A DNA stretch of 64,000 bases, taken from assembly GCF_964355755.1 (NCBI RefSeq), contig NC_092671.1, forward strand, positions 24,564,070 through 24,628,069. Direction: 5' to 3'. The first letter of the stretch is position 1, and each line of letters starts with the position of its first letter. The notes beneath the pieces are model-generated. The model was not told where the DNA came from, ran no database searches, and saw nothing but the letters and a program-made list of their open reading frames with translations. The position numbers and the translations under genes are program-made. Below, in pieces: positions 28,879-39,612 of this stretch. The DNA comes from Antedon mediterranea (Eukaryota; Animalia; Echinodermata).

Positions 28879-30579
28879 GTAGCCGTGGACCACCTGGAGG
28901 GTACTCTGCCAGGGGACGATGTTCCTTGGGACCCCGGTGGACAAGTAAGTATAGAGGTATCACGGACTGCTACTAACGGTACGATTCAGTTTTCTTTCCT
29001 ACAGGACGATGATGGTGGACGAGTGGCTGCAGTACAGCTACGGCCGAAGGGAGCCGAGTGTTGGGGTTACTCACTGGATGAGCTACGGCAACATCAAACG
29101 AGTGATCCTGACTTGGCACCTGTTCTGGACTGGTTGCAGAATGGGGAACCCTCCGAGAATCAGCTGTTTATCTCCAGCGCTGCCACCAAACACTACTGGC
29201 TGAACAGGCAACGCTTGCATCTCACGGAGGCAGGTATACTGTTCATCAACCAAGCAGAGGGTACCGGACGACTACTTGTGTTGCCCAAGGAGCTACACGC
29301 CGTAGCTTTTAGGTTACATCATGATTTGCCGTCGGCGGGTCATCAAGGGGTCGCCCAGACCAAGTTCCGATTGAAGGAGAAGTTTTTCTGGTACGGTATG
29401 GGCGGGGATATACAGAGGTATGTACAGACTTGCAACATTTGTAATAGAAGCAAGAAGGCTACTCGGCAAGGTCGACATCGGTTGACTGAATTCCAGGCCG
29501 GCGTTCCCATGGAACGCGTACATATCGATTTCCTTGGCCCGTTACCAAAAACTGAACAGGGGAATATTTACGTTCTTATGATGGTCGACCAATTCACAAA
29601 ATGGGTTGAGATCAGCCCGCTCCCGTCTCAGGTTGCGGAGGTAACCGCTAGAGCCCTAGTAAGGGACTTCTTCTCTAGATTCGGTGTACCTTTTCAGTTA
29701 CACTCAGACCAGGGGAGAAATTTTGAGAGTGAATTGTTTGCATCTTTATGTAGAGTTTTACAGATCCACAAGACCCGGACGACAAGCTACCGACCGTCGG
29801 CTAATGGTCAAGTAGAGCGATTTAATCGAACACTTATGGATGCTGTACGATGCTTCGTTGGGAAGAGACAACGAGACTGGGATGTCTATCTCCCGCAGAT
29901 TGCTGGTGCACTACGCGCCACGGTGAACCGCTCGACTGGTTTTACTCCAAACATGCTGATGCTGGGCCGAGAGGTTAATTTACCAGCTGATCTCATGTTC
30001 GGAGAATGCCGGTCCACTAATGAGCAGGAAGCCGCTATCTACGTTGCAGATTTGGTGAAAGCGACCCGTGATGCCCATGGCATCGCTAGGGATACGCTAA
30101 AGCAGACTCAGAAGAGAATGAAACGGGACTATGATCTTCGAGTGCTGGAACGTCCATACCAATGTGGGGACAAAGTCTACGTTCTTGACAACGCTACCCC
30201 TCGGGGGAAGTGCAAGAAATTGTGTCCCCCCTGGAAGGGGCCCGGTATTATTACTAACGTTATTAGTTCTTGTTTATTTCAGGTGCAGCTGAGAAATAAG
30301 ACGGTGGTGTTAAATCATGATAAGCTGAAGCCCTGTCGGGATCGACAACTTCCCAAATGGCTGGCTGATTTTCATTTACCCCCTCTCTCTTCACCTACAG
30401 ATCCGGATGCAGGACCGTTGTATTGTCTATGTCGCCAGCCCTGGGCCGGCTCATTTATGATACAATGTGACTATTGCGAGGTGTGGTACCATGGTGCATG
30501 TGTGAATATTGCACCATCTGAGGCTTTGGACATCGACTTATATCGATGTGCGGACTGCAAGTCCTCGGTTAATAATTAG
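28879..30579 (+). CDS. Pol part 2: integrase (HHCC, DDE, GPY/F) with a C-terminal PHD finger
   Basis: Same frame as pol part 1. HHDLPSAGHQG...CNIC; VHIDF, HSDQGRNFES, GQVERFNRTL; WKGPG; PHD LYCLCRQPWAGSFMIQCDYCEVWYHGACVNI...YRCADC at 30418-30558. Confidence 0.95.
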   Translation, partial: VAVDHLEGTLPGDDVPWDPGGQVSIEVSRTATNGTIQFSFLQDDDGGRVAAVQLRPKGAECWGYSLDELRQHQTSDPDLAPVLDWLQNGEPSENQLFISSAATKHYWLNRQRLHLTEAGILFINQAEGTGRLLVLPKELHAVAFRLHHDLPSAGHQGVAQTKFRLKEKFFWYGMGGDIQRYVQTCNICNRSKKATRQGRHRLTEFQAGVPMERVHIDFLGPLPKTEQGNIYVLMMVDQFTKWVEISPLPSQVAEVTARALVRDFFSRFGVPFQLHSDQGRNFESELFASLCRVLQIHKTRTTSYRPSANGQVERFNRTLMDAVRCFVGKRQRDWDVYLPQIAGALRATVNRSTGFTPNMLMLGREVNLPADLMFGECRSTNEQEAAIYVADLVKATRDAHGIARDTLKQTQKRMKRDYDLRVLERPYQCGDKVYVLDNATPRGKCKKLCPPWKGPGIITNVISSCLFQVQLRNKTVVLNHDKLKPCRDRQLPKWLADFHLPPLSSPTDPDAGPLYCLCRQPWAGSFMIQCDYCEVWYHGACVNIAPSEALDIDLYRCADCKSSVNN

Positions 30580-30797
30580 GTACTCGCGTTTATTCTCTCT
30601 TCCCTCTCAGACAGGGACCAGGTGCCGTTTGCTGACGGAAGCAGGGGACGGTGCTACCGGCATGTCCCACGGCCATTGACTGTCTGAAGAGATCGTTGGG
30701 AGCAGTCTACATAGCTACGGGTATCGGGTATTTTTTCACGTACGAAAATCACCTGGTTTACCCCCGAGGTGGACCCAGGACGGGGTGCCCGCTTTTC

Positions 30798-30811
30798 AAA
30801 CACGGGAGGAG
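30798..30811 (+). other. Polypurine tract
   Basis: AAACACGGGAGGAG immediately before the 3' LTR. Confidence 0.7.
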
Positions 30812-31108
30812 TGTTGTGAACGGCGCCCGCTGGGTAAACAGACCACCCCTCCAACCGAACGAGGGCGTCGCCCCGGTAGCTTGATTTGCATACATGGGGT
30901 ATGCAAATGTTAACTGGGGCCTCGACGCCGGCCGAACCGATCTATTCGAAGCAGGAACCAAGGAGAAACGGACACAACCGGAATTGACCAAGATATTTGG
31001 ATTTACTGCTTACGGATACTTGTGTGATTTAGGACAAGCGGGACTGTTAAGGTAAGCCTAGTAGCTTTCATTATCAGGCCATTCCAGCACCAACCTAAAA
31101 TCACAACA
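30812..31108 (+). repeat. 3' LTR
   Basis: Identical to the 5' LTR; followed by the TSD CTAG. Confidence 0.97.
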
Positions 31109-31479
31109 CTAGCCTAGTTGATGTAATTATCAAGAGGGGCTTATAGGCATAGCCTAGCCTCGACTCCGGACCCAGCACTGCTGAGCTCCGGAAACAAGTA
31201 AACAAGTAAGTAAGTAAGTAAGTAAGTCTAGGCCTAGGCCTAGGCCTAGTAGGCCTAGGCCTAGGCCTAGTAGTTAGAGCCCTAGTTAGTACTAGCCTAC
31301 GCCTAACTACTAATAATATTCCTAGGCCTAGGCCTAGTAGTAGGCCTATGTGGTTAGTTACTAAAATACAGTACCCGGTAAATTAGGTTTAATCAAACTG
31401 ATGTTTAGGCCCCCTAAGCTAGGCCGGCCTTATTAGTTAGTCGAGTAGTCTTATTATCCACAAACAAGAAGTAAGCTAG

Positions 31480-31580
31480 GCCCTGAGGCTAGTAGAGCGT
31501 CCTCTGTCTGTGCCGTTGTTTTGGTCGATGGTGGCGCTTTACTAGAGTCGTTTCAAATTGTATGGAAGGCCACCGTCGCC
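31480..31580 (-). promoter_or_regulatory. Candidate COPS5 promoter/TSS region
   Basis: CpG-containing patch with minus-strand TAAAGCGCCACCATCG (31541-31526), nearly the same as TAAAGCGCCATCTATCG at the CNOT2 5' end. It is followed in the transcription direction by CTAG/AGGCCT-rich DNA, as at CNOT2. Confidence 0.4.
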
Positions 31581-32324
31581 AAAAATATAAAGGATAAATG
31601 TTTTTTTCTGCCACTAAATTAAAATTTAGATCCCATTTCATCATAATATATTAACCATTAACGTTATAGAAGTCCAGGGTTGGAAGAGTCTATATGTAAA
31701 TTGAGTGACTACAGCGTAAAACTAACCGCGCACAATTTAACGGCGGTCAGTGGATTTTTTTTCCATCCCTACGTTCGTAGGCCTAAAATTGGGCCGAGTT
31801 TCCGTAGTAGTTAGGCCTACGGACGCTCCGAACTTTAAAATAACAGTGTTTAATTGCTTCTTTCTGCAAATTTCGATCATATTTTCTTTTCTGGAGTGTG
31901 GTTTATTTTAAGCAACACTGTTGTACAGTATAGTGGATAAATGAAAATGAATTTGGAAATTGTGGTTTTACTGACTTATTTAGCATTTATTTCATTTTTC
32001 AAAATGATACCATTCAACGTTTTGCTCAATATAGCAGCAGCTTCGCATTTTTTGTCTAACTTTTTTAAATTATTAATTTATAGACCTAATATTATTCTAG
32101 CAATTGTAATCAATTAATACAAATTGATTACAATTGCTAGAATAATATTACCTTACCGGAAATACCTTCGTCGGGGACTTCCTCTGACGTTTGCATTGAA
32201 CGCAAAAAAATGTTATCCTTAGTCGCGTGTGTTTTACCGGCGGAAAAAGTAGTAGTATAGGGATAAATACCGTGCTGATAGATATTAGTGTCATTTCTAC
32301 GGGGCGCCGTTCGGGACATTACTT

Positions 32325-32824
32325 ATTTTGTCGACATAATACAATTATGTGACACATAATTGAATTTTGTGTCAACAGAATTAATTCTATTTAGACAAAA
32401 TCCATTCTGTGTCGACAGAATTCATTCTGTGTCAACAAAATTACGTCTATGTAGACATAGTAAATTTTGTGTCGACAAAATTCATTTTGTGTCGACAAAA
32501 TTCATTTTGTCAACAAAAATTCATTTTGTCAACAAAAATTCATTTTGTCAACAAAAATTCATTTTGTCAACAAAAATTCATTTTGTCAACAAAAATTCAT
32601 TTTGTCAACAAAAATTTATTTTGTCAACAAAAATTCATTTTGTCAACAAAAATTCATTTTTTATAGACAAAATTCATTTTTTATAGACAAAATTCATTTT
32701 TTATAGACAAAACTAATTTTGTGTCGACAAAATTCATTTTTTATAGACAAAATTCATTTTTTATAGACAAAATTCATTTTTTATAGACAAAATTCATTTT
32801 TTATAGACAAAATTCATTTTGTGT
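32325..32824. repeat. Minisatellite of 20-23-bp units
   Basis: TGTCAACAAAAATTCATTTT and TATAGACAAAATTCATTTTT-type units in tandem; explains the repetitive ORFs at 32360-32706. Confidence 0.92.
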
Positions 32825-33950
32825 GCTAAGCCTACTCAAGCGTGAGACAGAACGTTTTAACATGCAAATTAAAAGGCGGAGCTTAAAAGTGAAAAAGGTC
32901 GTGACAGCGCGCGCGAATTTTTCATTTTTTTACATCTTTCAGCAGTGCAGTCGTACCGTATTGATAGCTGCATGCGTCTGTATTTTACTATAGTATTAAT
33001 AATCTATTTTATAATCGGATATAATCAGTAGTCATAATTTGACAATTGAGCACACATTTGATATCTACATCGTCATTAATAATGAATTATTCATATGCTA
33101 TTTCACAATATCGGAAAATAAAATTACCAGAACTTCAGAAGTACACATTTTACAATGATAATTTTATCTATTGAAATATTATTTATTAATCTTATAAAAT
33201 GAATATATTTTTTAATTAAGATAATATACAGTCAGTACCATAAAATATAGTTCGGATATCAAAAGTGAAAGAAAATTAGAGATCAAAACTTTAAATTATA
33301 CAGTTCATCATAATATAGGCCTAAATATAACTGTAGTACATCATATATTATTTCAAACAATATACCAAATTTAAGTTTCTACGACCAGTACTAACAGAAA
33401 TATGACGATGTCCTGGTATGTGGGTCAAGGGTCAGAATAATAGAAATTACCAAACACGCAATAAAAAAATAATAATAAGTAAGCGAATCTATGGTTGTTT
33501 CTGTTTTCTCTTGCAATAACAACTTCTTGTGATTTACCAATCATATGGGTCAGATAAACAAACAATTGAATTTCTATACAACCCTCAATAAAAACTTTAT
33601 TTACAAAAACGTTAAAATGCATTAATTTTATAGGCGTCGGTTTATGTGGATCGAATCTAGGATACATTTTTTAAGTATGCGATTACTCAACCCTATACAA
33701 TCTATTTATTCATTACATATGAAGATATGGCATAGGTCTAGGTTTCACTATTTTGCCTATCCTTGTTTTATTTGTTAACTTGTTGGTGACGACCAACAAG
33801 TTATTTTATATCTTGATACAAAATATGTTGTTTTTCACTGGAAGTGTGTCGCTCATTTGAAAATGTTGTATTAAAAATTATATTGATGACGTTATACTAT
33901 ATTATTAAGAGAAAACGTGTCCCGTCGATGTGGGTTAATCATTAACATTT

Positions 33951-36443
33951 TCACAATACTAAACAATTATTCTTCGTTTTGGTTGCTCGAAGCACAATGA
34001 TGTCAGTATTCGAATACCGGTTTCCTCGCTGGTTGACTAGAAAGTTATTATAACACCAGTCCGTGGCGTCTTGTATAATATCAGATCGATATTGCGCTGG
34101 TACGTAATTTACATGACCGACAAGTGTACGGATATAATCTGAAAGCAAAAGATTAAATCCTATAACAGTATTATGAATCATTTAATTTCTGTATGGCCAC
34201 ATTTTTTTGCAAACATACAATGTTAATTTATCCCATTTAGGCCCTACTAAAGTCACAAACAGTTTTTAGTGTGACGTATCTGATACTGTATTAGAATGAA
34301 AATTAATATTATTATGCAAAGAGGCAAATCCATTAATTTCGCGCTTGCATTGTCTATCCCGATAAAAACAAGGGTATTCTACTATTTCAGTATTTCAGTA
34401 TTTCAGGGTACTCACTTTCGAATCAGTGGCACACACCTTTCGGTGGTGCGTCCATACAAATATAAACAACAACATATAAAAGGTAAATGATGATAAAACT
34501 TACATAATTAACTTACATTGAAAAAAAAACAAAAACAAATGTACAGTAGTAATTTCACACTTGAGTAGATACTTAAAAACAATTGTATAACGAGCAAATC
34601 AATAAATCGATGCAATAGGTCAGTAGTAAATACACATTAGGGCCTACTTACAAAATGTCAGACAGAAAAAAAAAATACTTATACATAGTAAATAAAAAAA
34701 AACTAAAAAACAAAAAAAAACAAAAACAAAAAAAAACAGAATAAAGGTACAATAGGTGAACAGATAAATAATACATAATCATGATAAAATTACTACATAA
34801 ATCGAAATAAGCACAAATATATGTTTATATGTAATTGAAATTATGGATATAGCAAACAGCAAGTACAAGATTTTATTTGTTTAATGATTAGTTATTGGTA
34901 TATCTAACTGGTCTATCAATGTATAAACGAAATAAGCTAAAATGTCTGACTGAAAAAAAAAATAAAAAAAAAACTTATACATAGAGAATAAAACTAAAAA
35001 ACTAATTATCAATATCTACGCCGATAAAAACAGACAAGTTACTACCTCTTAACTGCTCTTTACTACTGATATAGATTTCACCACTGGGTCTGTGCAATTT
35101 CCCCTCGACCTCGTCAAAACCAACCGATTTCAATAAATGTATATTTTCTTCCAGTGTTAGTTGATTATACATCTTATGTTGGTAACCCTATCAATTTAAA
35201 AGTATATTTAAATGAGGATGTTATCAATAATGTTTACAATTTTAAAGAAAATTTCCGCAAAATTAATTATGAACAACTGCTTAATTAAAGTTATAAATAA
35301 TTGTGCATGCCTAAATAGTGTCTCGAATCACTGTAACTACCGTTTATCGACATTTTTTTTTGCTTAAGAAATTGTAAATAGGCCTAAAGTTATGGGAGAA
35401 TCGAATGACTGGGCGGGTCGATTCATCTTCTTAATTTACATGCCTATAGAAACAATACATTTTGTTCATCCAAAAGTATTCTGGAGTTTCAGTTTTGCAA
35501 AATGATACATGTTGTTATGTTAAATGTTATTATTTTGGTTATAATAGATAATTATTATTAGCCTATTAAATGTTACTCATATATAATATACTTTAAGGTG
35601 CTGTTTCCATTTTCCATGATTCTCCAAAAAATATGGAAGTTCATCTTTTCTGTGACCCAACAGTTGATGACGTGGACCACAAACTAAAAGAAAACATTTT
35701 CCAGTTTCGCTTAGACAGTCGTAGATATTTTGGAAAGCTTGTCTTCTTTCTTTTACCCAATGCAGTACATGCACAGATACGATCTTATTGAAAGAACCTT
35801 TCCAGCTAGGAAACTTATCAAGACAGTTTACAATGTCTGTAATTTGGTATGACACATTTTCACGTTGATATTTTTGTCGAGCAACTTCTATCATATGCTT
35901 TGATATATCATGACCTATAAAAGATACACATTTTCATGCAAGAGGTTTATTTAATTATTTAACAATAAATAAAATGTGGCCAACTTTGATTTCATTGACG
36001 GATTTCATTCATTTTCATTGACGTCGTAAGTTCCACAATCAATACATTATATATTTTTATATTTAAATTACTCTAAGGGTTTTAATACTGTCTTTTATAT
36101 GTCACTGTCATATGTCATATGTGACGGCGGAGAGCATTTTTACAGCAATTAAGTTTGCCTTTGTTTAATCCTGTAACACTAATAATAATAATAATATGAT
36201 TCTATTTAATGTTTTGTTGTTTAACTATAACCATTTAACTGTTTAAAATAGGAGGCTACTATACTCACCAGTTATTGAATGGGCAATGGCTCCCAACTCA
36301 TAGACAGTATCACCGGTTCCACAACCAACATCCAGAATGTTATCATTAGCATTAATTGCCAAATGACGTTGCAAGTAAAATTCGAATGCATTTTTTTGTA
36401 TATCTCTGGTTTTAGAATACAGAGCAGCTTCTTCTGAATTCAT
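33951..36443 (-). CDS. Class I SAM-dependent small-molecule methyltransferase (JHAMT/Tam-like), 4 coding exons
   Basis: Exons 36443-36269, 35914-35592, 35187-35046, 34138-33951, open and phase-consistent. Motif I ILDVGCGTG, post-I GHDISKHMI, and FNKIVSVHVLHWV. Confidence 0.88.
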
Positions 36444-37507
36444 TCTGGAAAGTATATATATATATATATATTATACTGTACAATAACAATACTCGATACA
36501 ATCAGGGTATAATTCGTTTGAAAAAGAGGAATTAGGCAGCCTCACAAAAAGTAAGGTATAGGCATGTCTAACTCAACAACCGGCGTCTTCTGGGGGCGTA
36601 TTATACGAATACTAATAGTAGTACTAAGCAGCTGCTAACTGATTGCAAAGCGAAGTTGAGGCCGGAGAATTTAATGATTCACGTCTAGACGTCGGTCTAC
36701 TGAATAATATGCAAATGGCCGAAAACAAAGGTGTCATTTAAAGTTGTTATTTAACCCTTCTTCAAACAATAGATATAGTTTTGTTAACCAATTAAAAAAT
36801 AGTTTAAAGAATGTTAAACGGCAACGTTTTCCTTCCGTCAGTATAATGCACACAATTAAAACGCTTCCCGGATTCACGAACCCCAGTAAACAACAACAAA
36901 TCATATACATTAGCCTAAGTATTTTCAGACGCATTTCTTAATAACCGGACCAAGAGTTTAGTGTGACAATAGAGTAGATACATTTTTAAACTAGAAGTGA
37001 GAGTGCATCCTCTGCCTACTGTAAAATTCTCCTACATAAGATTTCTGCGAATAGCACTATTTAAAAAATGGTATACACTGTGTCTGTTCGATACAAAATC
37101 CAAGCATGATTATAATTATGTAAAACTTACCTAAATTATAATATTAAACTGATGATGTAAATTTGGCAAAGTAGCAGTGCGTTTAATACTACTAGGCTAC
37201 TACTAGATTGTGACGTGCTTGATGTCGTCCGTGTTTTTTACTCGGGGTACCCGAGTCTAGTACTTACTCATTTTCTCCTTCTCTTCCTCCATCTGGACAC
37301 TATTGAGTAAAAAGTGCGATTTTTAAAGTACTACTCCTCCCTTATTCGTTATAGTATTGAGCTGGGATTTGGCATGAACATACTACAGGGACATGTCCTC
37401 AAAGCTATAGAGCCGGATTTTTAATTTTTTGTTAATTAATTTGTTTAATTAAGAAGCCACTATGTGTGACACACACCACAGCGTTATGTAGTTATATGGT
37501 TATATGC

Positions 37508-37580
37508 GGATTCTTGGCGTAGTGGTTATCACGTTTGCTTAACACGCAGAAGGTACCTGGTTCGAGCCCGGACGAAACCT
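37508..37580 (+). pseudogene. tRNA-Val(AAC)-like pseudogene, copy 1
   Basis: A box TGGCGTAGTGG; anticodon loop TT-AAC-AC; B box GGTTCGAGCCC; followed by a T-run. The acceptor stem is mismatched. Confidence 0.7.
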
Positions 37581-37793
37581 TTTTTTTTTTTAATTTATGG
37601 TGAAAAGTACTGTATACGCAATATGATAATTATACAGAGTATATCTTATTTTTATAATTTTTTAATATACTTAATTTGTGTAATCGGTAATTATCACTTT
37701 TACACATGTTTATTTTGCTTTGTGCTTATTACCATTTATTTGTAATTTAAATGGATTAAAAAACTTTCTGTAACCCACATTTTTAATGTAAGA

Positions 37794-37865
37794 GGTTTCG
37801 TAGTGTAGTGGTTGTCAAGTCTGCTTAACACGCAGAAGGTCCCGGTTCGAGCCCTGGCGAAACCT
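37794..37865 (+). pseudogene. tRNA-Val(AAC)-like pseudogene, copy 2
   Basis: Acceptor stem GGTTTCG/CGAAACC; anticodon stem TCTGC/GCAGA with AAC; B box GGTTCGAGCCC. D and T stems carry mismatches. Confidence 0.7.
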
Positions 37866-38205
37866 ATTTTCTTTACTTTTAACTGTATACGTCTGTATAC
37901 AGCTTCTTTCGCTGTACCCCGAGTATTGCACATTCGTGCTTGTTTTTAAACTACTTCAAATATTCTTGTCTTTTATGTTATGTATATGCACCATTAAAAG
38001 TCACAGTTAATTGATTTTACGTGACGTAATAATACACCAATGAACATCATTGTTATTATGAACACGAAACAATTTGATTAAAAATTCAATCCAAGTGCAC
38101 CTGACGAACCATATGCGGAATTCAGTGGTGAATATAATTTACATCCTAAAGAGAGTCAAACGTGACGCATTTTAAAGCATACTGTTAGTCAATCAAAATT
38201 AAACA

Positions 38206-39135
38206 ATGCAAACAAAAAAAATGAATAAAACTATCCCTGAAATTACTTCCCAAATCCAAATTAACAAATCAATATTACAAAGAGAACACACAGTTATGTT
38301 TCTCGGAATACATATAAATGAACATTTATGTTGGAAACCCCATATAAACTGCATCTCAAATAAAATCGCTAAATCCATTGGTATCATCTACAAGGTAAAA
38401 CCCGTCTTTCCTAAACATATTCTTTTAAATTTGTACAATGCGTTTAGCTTACCACACCTCTATTACTGCAATATAATATGGGGAAATGAATATCCAACAA
38501 ACTTAGAAAAAATACATAAATTACAAAAACGTATAGCTAGAATGATTACAAACTCACCGATGAGAACAGCCTCCAAACCACTATTACAAAGTTTAAAAAT
38601 GTTAAATATATACGATATAAATAAAATTCAAATTGCATGCTTTATGTTCAAATATCATCTCCAGGAACTTCCCATCCCTATAAACAACTTGATTGATTTA
38701 AACCCTAAAACTGATCGCTTAAAGACATTAAGAAACGCAAATAAGATATATATTCCACACAGTAGACTAGAAATTAATAAAAGATCAATTTTTATTGAAG
38801 GACCAACATACTGGAATAAACTCCAGTCTACCCTAGAACAAAATCACATGACCTCACTCCCTATGCTAAAGTACAATATTAAAAAGATGATATTTGAAAC
38901 ATATTGCTAGCTACTATTGCTACTGCAAAATTGGGGTTGTAAACATTTAGCTTATATCACTTTGTTGTGTTTGTGTTTTTTTTTTCTTTTTCTGTCTCAA
39001 AATGTCCTTTTTTGTTAATGTAATGCGTCCGTATAATATGTTTTATGTTTATGCTTAGGACTACAAAGACAAGCCACTTTGGCTTCTGTGTATCTTAACC
39101 CATACACTTTGTAAAATATTGAATATTGAATAAAT
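38206..39135 (+). mobile_element. 5'-truncated non-LTR retrotransposon (CR1/L2/Crack group): RT C-terminus and 3' UTR
   Basis: ORF 38206-38910 with FLGIHINEHLCWKPHI...LYNAFSLPHLYYCNIIWG...LQKRIARMI; downstream AAGCCACTTTGGCTT hairpin and AATAAA. Confidence 0.85.
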
Positions 39136-39612
39136 GTTGTTGTATTCCAGTAAAAAATGCATAAGATATACCTGACATTTACTTTGCACAGGCATGAAAC
39201 ACGTAATATAGTAAATTACCCTCTTCGGAAAAAAACAAAATCGGAAGGTTTTGTTCGATTTGCTTTACATTAAAACAATGTTACATCAGAAATGTAAACC
39301 TTTGTTTGTTGTCAGCTTCCACTGGTCATAAATCATTTGCAGATCATCCTTAAAATTTAAATGTTTGTGTGTTAATCAGGTTGGAATATCAGAGGATTTA
39401 TCATTCTTATTGAAAAAAATATCACCAGTGGATGTGCAGTAGGCCTATAGTCATTCCTCGGAACTACGGTCACTTACACCGTTTGAATTATTTTTATATT
39501 ATCTACATATGTATCATTAAATAACTTAAAATAAAACGTACTGATAATTGTCAATAAGCATACGAAGTATTATGTTAATATTATTTTCATCACAATATTT
39601 CAATTACCTTAT

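Larger units (their letters stand above)
23308..31108 (+). mobile_element. Full-length, very young Ty3/Gypsy LTR retrotransposon
   Basis: Two 297-bp LTRs (23308-23604 and 30812-31108), identical by eye, with TGTTGTGA...TCACAACA inverted termini. 4-bp TSD CTAG (23304-23307 and 31109-31112). PBS and PPT present. Domain order gag-PR-RT-RH-IN. Confidence 0.98.
37234..37946 (+). mobile_element. HINE/Helentron-like non-autonomous element carrying two tRNA-Val-like units
   Basis: Subterminal inverted repeats TACTCGGGGTAC (37239-37250) and GTACCCCGAGTA (37914-37925); 3' hairpin GCACATTCGTGC; T-rich flanks; no TSD seen. Confidence 0.65.

Noticed and set aside
24564-29523. Antisense and alternate-frame ORFs over gag-pol
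   Set aside because: Shadow ORFs of GC-richer coding sequence, with no motifs.
30651-30884. 77-aa ORF as an env or ORF3
   Set aside because: GTG start, runs into the LTR, has no signal peptide or fusion-protein features, and has an in-frame stop between it and the splice acceptor.
32360-32706. Three overlapping repetitive ORFs
   Set aside because: They are translations of a 20-23-bp minisatellite.
33951-36443. Methyltransferase as a pseudogene
   Set aside because: The separate ORF fragments join into one open four-exon CDS.
37508-37865. Functional tRNA-Val genes
   Set aside because: Stem mismatches (acceptor stem in copy 1; D and T stems in copy 2) and location inside a repeat; reported as pseudogenes.
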